64,000 nucleotides of DNA, taken from contig MFGA01000006.1 of NCBI GenBank assembly GCA_001778095.1, positions 6,169 through 70,168 on the forward strand. The letters run 5' to 3'. The stretch comes from Candidatus Falkowbacteria bacterium RIFOXYA2_FULL_38_12 (GTDB taxonomy: Bacteria > Patescibacteriota > Patescibacteriia > XYB2-FULL-38-15). The notes under the pieces are model-generated. The model was given only the letters and a program-made list of their open reading frames with translations. It ran no database searches and was not told where the DNA came from. A program made the position numbers and the translations under genes. Position 1 is the stretch's first letter, and each line of letters begins with the position of its first letter. Positions 48,274 to 59,000 of this stretch are shown here, piece after piece.

Positions 48274-50520
48274 ATGTATTTGCAAAAACTTGAAATACAA
48301 GGTTTTAAATCGTTCGCGACCAAGACGGTTTTGGAATTTCCGCCCAGAAAAAAAGGCGGGAGGAGTATTACCGCCATTGTCGGTCCGAATGGCAGTGGCA
48401 AGAGCAATGTCTCGGACGCAATGAGATGGGTTTTGGGCGAGCAAAGCCTGAAACTTCTTCGTGGCAAGAAATCCGAAGATGTTATTTTTTCCGGATCCCA
48501 GAAAAGGGCTCGTTTGGGTTTTGCCGAAGTTTCGCTCTACCTAAATAATGAAGATAAAACCGCGCCGATTGATTATGAGGAAGTAGTCTTAACTCGTCGG
48601 CTGTATCGGAGCGGGGAAGGGGAATATCTTATCAATAGAAATAAGGTTCGTTTATCGGACGTTGTTTTGCTTTTGGCGCAAGCTAATTTCGGGCAAAAAA
48701 ATTATAGCATTATCGGGCAAGGCATGGTTGACGCTATGCTTTTGGCTAGCCCGACGGAGCGAAAAGAATTTTTTGATGAGGCGACCGGAGTGGAGCAATA
48801 TCAAATAAAAAGAGATCAGGCCATTTCAAAATTAAAGGCTAGTCAAGAGAATTTAAAGCAAGCGACACTGCTTTTGGAAGAAATTGAGCCGCGCGTAAAA
48901 TCTTTGGCAAGGCAAATGAAGAAGCTGGAAGAAAGAAGTAACCGAGAACAAGAATTAAAAGAGATACAAAAAAAATATTACAGCTATCAATGGAAAAATT
49001 TGACCGGAAAATTGGGAGAAAGAGACGAAAAAGCCGGTCCATTTTTGATTCAGAAAAAAGAATTGGAGGAATCAGTAAAAGTAATTGAGGAGAAGTTAAA
49101 AAAGTTGGAAAAGGAACAACCGCAAGTTGATTCTTTCAGGTCTTTTCAGGGAGAATACGAGAAATTGTTTGAAGAAAAAAATCATCTTCGAGAAAAAGCG
49201 ATGATGATAAAAAATAAAATTGAATTTAGTAAACAAATTATAATCAGTCGTCCGGCGGCGTTATCAATCGCGGAGATTGAGACAAAGCTTCAGGATTTTT
49301 TTCGTAAATACGAATCTTTTGTGGAAAAATTATTTTCCGCCAAAGAAAAAAATAATATTGGAGAGATCGAGGATGAGGCAAAAGCGATGAAGGAAGATTT
49401 GAAGATGTTTATTGATAAATTTAAAGCTCCGGAAAAGAAAGAAATCGTCCCAAAAACCGATCCGGCTTTGGAGCAAGAGCTTCTTAAAATTTCGGGAGAG
49501 ATAGAGGCAATCAATCGGTCGCTTACCGACGTTCAAATCAAGATAGAAAATTTTAATAAGCAACAAGAAGTGGAAAGAAAAAGTTTTTTTGACTTGCAAA
49601 GGACTCTTCAGGAAAAACAACGCGAGCTTTATTCAATCTCTTCCAAGATAAACGAGATTCAAGTGGAAAACGCGGGATTGAAGGCCAGGAAAGAGGATTT
49701 GGAAAGAGAAATTGGACAAGAACTGAAAGATTTTTCTCTTCTAAATGTGGCCGGCGAAGCTACTTTTGATCCTAGCTGGCAAGAGCAGATTTTAAGACTA
49801 AAAAGACAGCTGGAACTGATAGGTGGAATAGATCCGGAAGTGGAAAAAGAATATGGCGAGGCCAGTGTCCGTTATGAATTTTTGAGAAATGAGATCAATG
49901 ACTTGAATCAGGCGGTCGTTTCTCTTTTAAAAATTATAAAAGAACTGGATGAAATTATTAAAAAGCAATTTGACTCGGCATTTCATAAAATAAACGATGA
50001 ATTTGGCAAATATTTTAAAATACTTTTTGGCGGGGGAAAAGCCCAATTAAATATAAGAAGAGAGGTTCTCGTTCCTAAGGAAGAAGCCGTCTCCGCCGAA
50101 GGCTACGGCGAGCCGAGGGCCGCCTCCGTTAATGGTTTTGGTGAATCGAAGAATGAAGAAATTGTTGGAGTTGAGATTGAAGCGACTCCTCCGGGAAAGA
50201 AACTTAAAAATATCAATATGCTCTCGGGCGGAGAACGGGCGCTTACATCAATCGCGCTTCTTTCGGCGATTATTTCCAACAATCCGGCGCCGTTTATAGT
50301 CTTGGATGAAGTTGACGCCGCGCTTGATGAATCAAATTCTTTGAGGTTTGCCAATATCTTTGACGAACTAATTGAAAAAACCCAATTTATTTTAATCACC
50401 CACAATCGGGCGACGATGCAAAAAGCGAACACTCTTTACGGTGTTACCATGGAAGCCGACGGCGTTTCTCGACTCTTGAGTTTGAAGTTGGAGGAGGCGG
50501 AAAAAGTGGTGAAGAGCTAG
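48274..50520 (+). CDS. smc: short SMC-family ATPase (no recognisable hinge)
   Basis: GFKSF, GPNGSGKSN, IIGQG, LSGGE, FIVLDEVDAALD; 748 aa. Confidence 0.9.
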   Translation: MYLQKLEIQGFKSFATKTVLEFPPRKKGGRSITAIVGPNGSGKSNVSDAMRWVLGEQSLKLLRGKKSEDVIFSGSQKRARLGFAEVSLYLNNEDKTAPIDYEEVVLTRRLYRSGEGEYLINRNKVRLSDVVLLLAQANFGQKNYSIIGQGMVDAMLLASPTERKEFFDEATGVEQYQIKRDQAISKLKASQENLKQATLLLEEIEPRVKSLARQMKKLEERSNREQELKEIQKKYYSYQWKNLTGKLGERDEKAGPFLIQKKELEESVKVIEEKLKKLEKEQPQVDSFRSFQGEYEKLFEEKNHLREKAMMIKNKIEFSKQIIISRPAALSIAEIETKLQDFFRKYESFVEKLFSAKEKNNIGEIEDEAKAMKEDLKMFIDKFKAPEKKEIVPKTDPALEQELLKISGEIEAINRSLTDVQIKIENFNKQQEVERKSFFDLQRTLQEKQRELYSISSKINEIQVENAGLKARKEDLEREIGQELKDFSLLNVAGEATFDPSWQEQILRLKRQLELIGGIDPEVEKEYGEASVRYEFLRNEINDLNQAVVSLLKIIKELDEIIKKQFDSAFHKINDEFGKYFKILFGGGKAQLNIRREVLVPKEEAVSAEGYGEPRAASVNGFGESKNEEIVGVEIEATPPGKKLKNINMLSGGERALTSIALLSAIISNNPAPFIVLDEVDAALDESNSLRFANIFDELIEKTQFILITHNRATMQKANTLYGVTMEADGVSRLLSLKLEEAEKVVKS

Positions 50521-50648
50521 TTAGAGTTACTATTTCTGCATTTGGTCATTTAAGAATGTTACTTCGACCTAGGACATATAATGAAATAATTTCTTGTAGC
50601 TTTGCTTTATACTTAATATAAAGATAAATAATAAATAAACTTAAAAAT

Positions 50649-51956
50649 ATGCCAAACAGACCAGATCAAGAAGGAGTTTTAATAAGAAAAATTTATACTG
50701 TAGGGGGGGGAACACCCGATAGAGAAATAACGGAATTAGAAGAACGAAGAGATACGGATATAACTACATTGCAAAAAGGGGGAGAAAAACCAAAAAAAGA
50801 CAATGAAGGAATTGTAGTAAGATCTATGGGTGATGTTAAGAAGGAGGAGGAAAAAAATGAAGATAACAATGAACTTGGAAAATTATTTGAGAGTTGTGTA
50901 GATAATATCATTACTAGAGAAAAGTTTTTAAGAGAAAAATATAAGTTACTTGAGCAGGAAGCGAAAAGAGCTAAAATTGCGATAGCAAAAATGGAAGATG
51001 ATGTGAAAGTAACGGGAGAATTTGATTACTACGGTAAGCTGAAGAATAAATATCAAAAGCTCGTGCTCGAGGTTGATGACCTAAATGAAAAAATAAATGA
51101 TTATATAGAAAAGTCAAGGAAAAACTTAGAATTTATAATTAGTGAATATTCTGAAAAATACTCGAAATTAACTAATGATGAAGAAAAACAGGCTTTAGTA
51201 GAAGAAATAAAAAAAGGCAGAACAAAATTTAATAATCAAATATTTGAATATTCTGAGGAAAAAAATAACTTGATATCTCGTTTGGGAGATGAACTTGATT
51301 CTATAACGGGAGTCGTGCAAGAAATAAATGACTGGGTAATAGAAACAAGAAGTCAAAATGAAGCAGAAAGTAAACGATTGGAGAGAAAAGAAAATTTTAA
51401 AAAATATTCTATACCAGACGTAGATAAAAAAGTAAATGAGATGATTGATTTTGGTATAAATTTTGAAAAAAGACTTTCTAGGTTAGAAAAATTATTTGAT
51501 TTGATTCAAAGTAGGCTTGAGAAAATAGATCCATCAGACTTTTTAAAACTTGCTTGGGGCAAGGCAAGTAGAAAATATCAAATAGAGAAAGAAGTTAGCA
51601 GAGCAGAAAAAGAGAAAATCATTGAAGAATTTAGGCAAGGCGAAATAGACACAGTTAAGAAAAATAAAGAAGTACTTATAGAACATGGCAATCATTTTTT
51701 AGAATTTTTAAAGTCTAGTTTATTAAATATGCAAAGATCGCCAATAGATTATTTTTATGAAATATTAGAACAAGCACAAGCACAAGTAATAGTAGATGGA
51801 GTGGGCGATAATAACGAAAATACTATAAAAGAAAATTTTCAAATAAAAATAGATGAAGTTTATGATCAGTTTATGAAAAACAAGAAAGGGATAGAAGAGT
51901 TTGAAAAATTTTCAAAAAAACTTTTAAGAGTTGATTATTTTAAGCTAGAATCATAA
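50649..51956 (+). CDS. hypothetical coiled-coil protein
   Basis: 435-aa AT-rich Lys/Glu-rich ORF. Confidence 0.65.
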   Translation: MPNRPDQEGVLIRKIYTVGGGTPDREITELEERRDTDITTLQKGGEKPKKDNEGIVVRSMGDVKKEEEKNEDNNELGKLFESCVDNIITREKFLREKYKLLEQEAKRAKIAIAKMEDDVKVTGEFDYYGKLKNKYQKLVLEVDDLNEKINDYIEKSRKNLEFIISEYSEKYSKLTNDEEKQALVEEIKKGRTKFNNQIFEYSEEKNNLISRLGDELDSITGVVQEINDWVIETRSQNEAESKRLERKENFKKYSIPDVDKKVNEMIDFGINFEKRLSRLEKLFDLIQSRLEKIDPSDFLKLAWGKASRKYQIEKEVSRAEKEKIIEEFRQGEIDTVKKNKEVLIEHGNHFLEFLKSSLLNMQRSPIDYFYEILEQAQAQVIVDGVGDNNENTIKENFQIKIDEVYDQFMKNKKGIEEFEKFSKKLLRVDYFKLES

Positions 51957-52104
51957 CAACCAAATAATCTAAAATAATTTACAAATTAAACCACAAAGAA
52001 CAGGGTAAGACAGACAGTTTTGTTTTTTTCTTGACAATTAAAGCCAAATATAGCAATATAAATTAGTAGATTGTTAAATAATAAATTAAGATTTTCAACA
52101 AAAT

Positions 52105-52446
52105 ATGTTAGCGATTCGTTTATCTCGTTTTGGAAAAAAGAATAGGCCGGTTTATCGTTTGATTGTCTCCGATAAAACCAAAGATCCTAAAGCAACTTAT
52201 ATTGAATCCTTGGGGCTTTATGACCCTAGAGAAGGGGCAAAAGTCACCAATCTCAAAGAAGAGAGATTGAAATATTGGATAGAAAAAGGGGCGCAACTTT
52301 CGGCCACAGTCAATAATTTGCTCGTAGGGCAAGGAGCCTTGCAAGGGGAAAAAGTGAAAAAAGTAAAAGTTAAAAAATCAGAAGAAAAGAAGGAAGAACC
52401 TAAACCCAAAGAAGAAAAAAAACCAGAACCGGAAAAGGCCTCATAA
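52105..52446 (+). CDS. rpsP: 30S ribosomal protein S16
   Basis: IRLSRFGKKNRPVYR, LG.YDP, GAQLS.TV. Confidence 0.96.
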   Translation: MLAIRLSRFGKKNRPVYRLIVSDKTKDPKATYIESLGLYDPREGAKVTNLKEERLKYWIEKGAQLSATVNNLLVGQGALQGEKVKKVKVKKSEEKKEEPKPKEEKKPEPEKAS

Positions 52447-52605
52447 AGAGGTCTTTTTTAGTAGCATTAGTTGAAATCGGGAGTTTTAATCTATTTGACT
52501 TTTTTTATCTGGAATGGTAATTTTAAATTAGTGAATAGCTGTACTGTAAAAAGGTCGAACAGTAATGAAGCTATTTCTGAAATTTTACATTAACAGTAAA
52601 GAAAT

Positions 52606-52929
52606 ATGGCTGCATATAAAGATCAAGAATTCGTTGAGTTAATTGTGAGAGCTATTGTCAATCACCCGGAAGATGTTTCAACCGAAAGAACGGTTGATGA
52701 AATGGGTGTTTTAATCACCCTCAAAGTCAATCAAGAGGATATGGGTTATGTGATTGGCAAACAAGGTCAAACAGCTCGCGCGATTAGAACTCTTTTGAAG
52801 ATCGTTGGAGCAAAAGAAAAAGCCAGAGTCAACCTAAAAATCTATGAACCAGAGGGTTCAAGAATGAATAGAGGAAACTCTGCTCCAGCCGATATGGACG
52901 CAAGAGACGTAGAAGAGTTAACTATCTAA
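52606..52929 (+). CDS. khpA: KH-domain RNA-binding protein (KhpA/YlqC-like)
   Basis: DMGYVIGKQGQTARAIR; rpsP-KH-trmD synteny. Confidence 0.9.
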   Translation: MAAYKDQEFVELIVRAIVNHPEDVSTERTVDEMGVLITLKVNQEDMGYVIGKQGQTARAIRTLLKIVGAKEKARVNLKIYEPEGSRMNRGNSAPADMDARDVEELTI

Positions 52930-52934
52930 GTCTA

Positions 52935-53094
52935 TAGACCTGTCACACAATAATCCTTTCTACTGCAACTTGTAATTTTGGCTCCAAATTGTTCAAAGCT
53001 CGTCGAGGTATTACCAATATCTCTCCTCGCTTTTCACAATTTTCGCCTAAAATTACTGCGTTTCGCTACGAAAGATTATTATGTGACAGGTCTA
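52935..53094 (+). repeat. family 4 hairpin element, copy B
   Basis: TAGACCTGTCACA...TGTGACAGGTCTA arms around conserved core. Confidence 0.88.
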
Positions 53095-53157
53095 AAATAA
53101 AACAAGAGCCGCGCCACAAGTGCGGTTTTTGTTACTATAAATCCACAAATTTATATT

Positions 53158-53832
53158 ATGCTACAATTTGATATCATTACAATTTTTCCTGAAGTTTTCT
53201 CCGGTTATTTTAACGAGAGTATTATTGGTCGCGCGCAAAAAAATAATTTGATTAAAATAAATATTCATAATTTACGCGACTGGGCCGAGGATAAACATCA
53301 AAAAGTTGATGATAGCCCGTATGGCGGGGGACCGGGAATGGTCATAAAGATTGAACCAATCGCTAAGGCGATTAGTTCAATCTTTAAGTTAAAAATGAGA
53401 AATGAAAAGTTGAAAGTTATACTTTTTTCTGCCGGCGGAAAACAATTTGACAATACTGTCGCGTCGCGATTAGCGAAAAAATATGACCGTCTGATTTTGA
53501 TTTGCGGACATTATGAGGGCGTGGACGCGCGAATAAAAAAAGTTGTTAAAGATATGGGAATTGAATATTCCGAAATATCCATTGGCCAGTATGTTTTAAC
53601 CGGCGGTGAACTGCCGGCTATGGTTTTAGTGGATGCAGTGGCGCGCCAGGTGCAAGGTGTTTTGGGTAAAGAAGAATCTTTAGAAGAAAAACGGTTGGGG
53701 ATTGGAGTGCCGACTTATACTCGACCGGATATTTTCCATTTCAAGGATAAAAAATATGGGGTGCCTAAAGTTTTATTGTCAGGAAACCATAGAAAAATTG
53801 AGGAATGGAGAAAGCAAAAAAAAGAGGGTTAA
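53158..53832 (+). CDS. trmD: tRNA (guanine37-N1)-methyltransferase
   Basis: VDDSPYGGGPGM, CGHYEGVDAR, YVLTGGE, YTRP. Confidence 0.96.
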   Translation: MLQFDIITIFPEVFSGYFNESIIGRAQKNNLIKINIHNLRDWAEDKHQKVDDSPYGGGPGMVIKIEPIAKAISSIFKLKMRNEKLKVILFSAGGKQFDNTVASRLAKKYDRLILICGHYEGVDARIKKVVKDMGIEYSEISIGQYVLTGGELPAMVLVDAVARQVQGVLGKEESLEEKRLGIGVPTYTRPDIFHFKDKKYGVPKVLLSGNHRKIEEWRKQKKEG

Positions 53833-53896
53833 AAGCCTTATTTTTGCTCTTTAATCAGTGTGGAAAGACTGTGGAAAATAACAAAGGATAGAATAC

Positions 53897-53925
53897 TTGA
53901 CAGCTTTTTAATGGGCGGGTAATAT
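53897..53925 (+). promoter_or_regulatory. rRNA promoter
   Basis: TTGACA-N17-TAATAT; boxA-like ttctttgacaa and a leader complementary to 55953-55980 (16S processing stem). Confidence 0.7.
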
Positions 53926-54097
53926 AGAGCATATCCCCCAGAATGGGGAATTTTCTTTGACAACTTAAAGTGATAGAAATACCTCAATTCTTTAAATAAG
54001 AATAAATATAGTTATATATTGAGAGCTTGAACTCCGGTCTTCGGACCGGGTTGATTTTGTTCTTCTGAACAAAATTTAAGAGATTCAACACTTTCAT

Positions 54098-55875
<1,778 letters not shown>

Positions 55876-56109
55876 TAGGGAGAAAAATACTTCCTCTCTC
55901 ACGAGGAAGTACAGTCGCGAAGCTTCTTTTTGAAGCTTTGAAAGGATTGAAAAGTATTTCTATTACTTTAAGTTGCCGAAGATAAAAAACCGGCAAAAAG
56001 GACAGTTCTTTAATAAAGAGGATTGTCTTTTTTGTTTCCCTTGAATAAAATAGACAGGGGCTTGCAATAGCCGGTTTTTTTTGTTAAGATTTTTTATATC
56101 AGAGTGTGG

Positions 56110-56186
56110 GGGCGCGTAGCTCAGTCGGTTAGAGCGCGTCACTGATAATGACGAGGTCGGAGGTTCGATTCCTCCCGCGCCCACCA
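56110..56186 (+). tRNA. tRNA-Ile(GAT)
   Basis: GGGCGCG...CGCGCCCACCA, loop CTGATAA. Confidence 0.95.
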
Positions 56187-56290
56187 GTACAAGGCTTAGG
56201 TTAATTCCATAACTCGGCGGAGCAATAATCACTAAAGATAATTGTTTACTGAGTGCTTTAATGAACCTATGCCTCGTGCGTGGCCCACCA
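56187..56290. repeat. tRNA-3'-associated hairpin element
   Basis: Homologous to 20297-20400; followed by a second CCACCA. Confidence 0.8.
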
Positions 56291-56300
56291 AAGGAAAAAT

Positions 56301-56537
56301 ATGGTCAAGAATTTTTTAAAGTTAATTTTAAGCGGACTTGTTGGCGGGATCTCTGGGGCTATTGCCGGATTTTTGTTGTTATTTTTAGTAAAGGCGTTGA
56401 TTTTTTTGCTTTGTTTTATTTTTCAAAATTCATGTCATAACGAAGCGCCGATTGAAGTACTTGCTATGTTGAGTATTGGTTCGGGAACAATTTTGGGCGG
56501 AATATTTGGAATAATACTTTTTTTGAAAAAAATATAA
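56301..56537 (+). CDS. small Gly-rich membrane protein
   Basis: Two hydrophobic segments. Confidence 0.55.
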   Translation: MVKNFLKLILSGLVGGISGAIAGFLLLFLVKALIFLLCFIFQNSCHNEAPIEVLAMLSIGSGTILGGIFGIILFLKKI

Positions 56538-56542
56538 ATTTT

Positions 56543-56614
56543 GCCGGGGTAGCTCAGTGGTAGAGCAGAGGACTGAAAATCCTCGTGTCGAGAGTCCGAT
56601 TCTCTCCCCCGGCA
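56543..56614 (+). tRNA. tRNA-Phe(GAA)
   Basis: GCCGGGG...CCCCGGCA, loop CTGAAAA. Confidence 0.93.
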
Positions 56615-56617
56615 TTT

Positions 56618-56716
56618 GAGAAGTTAAAAATGAAAAATGCAAAGTTAAAAGTTAATGAGTGAAAATTTTCACAATTCAAAAACTTTTAACTTTTAACTTT
56701 AGACTTTTAACTTTTT
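56618..56716. repeat. AAAGTT/AAAAATG 7-nt-periodic hairpin repeat (family 5)
   Basis: Related element at 24478-24567; half copies inside uvrB, uvrC and trmD. Confidence 0.7.
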
Positions 56717-56790
56717 CGGGGTGTAGCCCAGTAGTCTAAGGCGCATGCTTTGGGAGCATGAGATCGAGGGTGCGAATCCCTCCACCCCGA
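56717..56790 (+). tRNA. tRNA-Pro(TGG)
   Basis: CGGGGTG...CACCCCGA, loop TTTGGGA. Confidence 0.92.
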
Positions 56791-56806
56791 TTGAAAATAA
56801 AATAAT

Positions 56807-57124
56807 ATGGAAGAGGAAAAAGACCTTAATATTCTAAGTGAAAAGGAAATAAGAGAAAGACTGAATAGTTTTTCCGGTTGGATTTTTATTGATAATAAAA
56901 TAACAAAAACTTTTTTATTTTCCAGTTTTAATGACGCTTTGGCGATAATTAATGAATTGGCGCCATTTTGTAATAATATTGATCATCATCCGGATATACA
57001 TATTTATTACAAAAAAGTTGTTTTTGATTTACGGCGTTTTAGTGTTGGTGGCAAAGTAACGGAACGGGATTTTACTGTGGCAAAAAAGATAGATGATTTA
57101 TATTTTTCGAGAGACATTAAGTAA
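56807..57124 (+). CDS. pterin-4a-carbinolamine dehydratase
   Basis: GW..I.K.F.F..F..A, DHHPDI, GGKVTERDF..A. Confidence 0.88.
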   Translation: MEEEKDLNILSEKEIRERLNSFSGWIFIDNKITKTFLFSSFNDALAIINELAPFCNNIDHHPDIHIYYKKVVFDLRRFSVGGKVTERDFTVAKKIDDLYFSRDIK

Positions 57125-57139
57125 AATAAAAATACTCGC

Positions 57140-57214
57140 GCAGGTGTCGTATAATGGCTATTATGTCACCCTTCCAAGGTGAAGACGCCGGTTCGATTCC
57201 GGTCACCTGCTCCA
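57140..57214 (+). tRNA. tRNA-Gly(TCC)
   Basis: GCAGGTG...CACCTGCTCCA, loop CTTCCAA. Confidence 0.93.
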
Positions 57215-57230
57215 GAATAAAAATAAAAAC

Positions 57231-57968
57231 ATGGCCTCATTTTTTTGGATAATCGGTAGCACAATTGTGATCAGCGCAATTTCCTTAGTCGGGATATTTT
57301 TTTTGTCTTTAAATGCTAAGCATTTGGAAAAATACCTTTTGTCTTTTGTCGCCTTGGCCTCCGGCGCTCTTTTGGGGGGAGCTTTTTTACATCTCCTGCC
57401 CGAGGCGGTGGAAAAACTGAACGCCGATTCGGTTTTTTTGTGGACATTGATTTCTCTTTTAGCTTTTTTTGTGATAGAAAAAATATTTCAATGGAGGCAT
57501 TGCCATAAAGAACATTGCGAGATACACACTTTTGGCTATATGACTCTTTTTGGCGATGGCGTTCATAATTTTATAGATGGCCTGATTATTGCTGCGGCTT
57601 TTGTTGAAAGCACAAGCTTGGGGTTGGTTGTTAGTCTTGGTGTTATTCTCCACGAGATTCCTCAAGAGATTGGTGATTTTTCCACCTTACTTTTGGCGGG
57701 GTTTAATAAGAAGAAAGCTCTCTTGATGAATTTTTTGGTCGCGCTTACCGCTGTTGGCGGAGGCATCGTGGGTTTTTTTCTAGCCTCATATTCCGATCAA
57801 TTCATAAATATTTTAATCCCGTTCGCGGCGGGAGGATTTATCTATATTGCCGCTTCCGACTTGATTCCCGAGATAAGGAAAGAAACAAAAACCAAAGAAT
57901 CAATAAGAACCTTAGCCTTTTTTTTATTGGGGATTGTTCTCATGTATTTAATGAAATTTGTAGAATAA
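57231..57968 (+). CDS. ZIP-family metal transporter
   Basis: LHLLPEA, HNFIDG, LHEIPQEIGD. Confidence 0.92.
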   Translation: MASFFWIIGSTIVISAISLVGIFFLSLNAKHLEKYLLSFVALASGALLGGAFLHLLPEAVEKLNADSVFLWTLISLLAFFVIEKIFQWRHCHKEHCEIHTFGYMTLFGDGVHNFIDGLIIAAAFVESTSLGLVVSLGVILHEIPQEIGDFSTLLLAGFNKKKALLMNFLVALTAVGGGIVGFFLASYSDQFINILIPFAAGGFIYIAASDLIPEIRKETKTKESIRTLAFFLLGIVLMYLMKFVE

Positions 57969-57982
57969 TTTGAGTTTTTAGT

Positions 57983-58432
57983 ATGTTAGTTAAAGAGGTG
58001 ATGATAAAAAATGTAATTACCTTAAGAGCCGAGCAAACTTTAGCCGAAGCGGCAGAGGTTTTGGTTGGAAAAAATATCAGTGGCGCGCCGGTTGTTGGCA
58101 GGGGGAACAAATTAGTTGGAATGATTTCGGAAAAAGATTTGTTTAAAGCACTTTATCCCGATTCAAAAGATATACTTCTACACATTAAGTCCTGGTTTGA
58201 AAAAGAAAAAATAAAATATAAAGTAGAAAAGAAGAAAAAAACGATAATTAAAGATTTAATGACAAAAACAGTTGTTTCCGTCGGAGAAGAGGACGCTATT
58301 TTAAAGGCAGGCGCTTTAATGCTTTCAACGAATATTCACAGACTGCCCGTGCTACGCGATGGAAAACTTGTCGGTATCGTTAGTCGCCGAGATATTTTTA
58401 GAAAATTATTAAAAGAGAAATTTGATTTATAA
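57983..58432 (+). CDS. CBS-domain protein
   Basis: Two CBS repeats (ISGAPVV..LVGMISEKD; RLPV..LVGIVSRRD). Confidence 0.92.
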   Translation: MLVKEVMIKNVITLRAEQTLAEAAEVLVGKNISGAPVVGRGNKLVGMISEKDLFKALYPDSKDILLHIKSWFEKEKIKYKVEKKKKTIIKDLMTKTVVSVGEEDAILKAGALMLSTNIHRLPVLRDGKLVGIVSRRDIFRKLLKEKFDL

Positions 58433-58465
58433 AAAATAAACTCAACCCCCGTTTTGATGCTCATA

Positions 58466-58494
58466 TTGACAAAACGGAAAATTTATGCTATGAT
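58466..58494 (+). promoter_or_regulatory. sigma70 promoter
   Basis: TTGACA-N17-TATGAT with extended TG. Confidence 0.75.
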
Positions 58495-58499
58495 GCTTG

Positions 58500-58690
58500 G
58501 TTAACGTAACCTATAAAAACGTTAACAAAACAAAAATAGTAAAAAAGGAAATGGGGGTTGGAGTGAGCGGAGGAAGTAAAAATCGGGTTTTTTACTCAAT
58601 TTTTCACTTCACAAAGCTTTTAAATTTAGTGTTCTTTCGGGAACTAAGCTAAATTTTCTGCTCCCAGTTCTTTCTTTACTATTTTTTTAG
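58500..58690 (+). ncRNA. candidate structured RNA/leader upstream of ftsK
   Basis: aaaaatagtaaa..ggaa..tgggg pairs with ccca..ttc..tttactattttt enclosing two hairpins. Confidence 0.4.
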
Positions 58691-58761
58691 TATATTAAGA
58701 GGCGAGATAAAGGTCAAATTAATAAGATACGCAAACCCCCAAAAGGGGTTTATTGTATTAT

Positions 58762-58925
58762 TAGACCCACCAAACAAGAATCCTTTCTACTGCAACTAGT
58801 AATTTTGGCTACAAATTTATAAAAGCTCCTCTGCTTATACTAATGTATAAACATCGTCGTTTTTCTAAATTTTTATCTCAAAATTACTGCGTTTCGTAAC
58901 GAAAGATTATTGTTTGATGGGTCTA
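58762..58925 (+). repeat. family 4 hairpin element, copy C
   Basis: TAGACCCACCAAACAA...TTGTTTGATGGGTCTA. Confidence 0.85.
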
Positions 58926-59000
58926 TACTTTTCCTAAAAAATATAGTATAATATCTAAATAATAAATAGACTTATCTAACAATAAGTCTTGTCTGTATTC

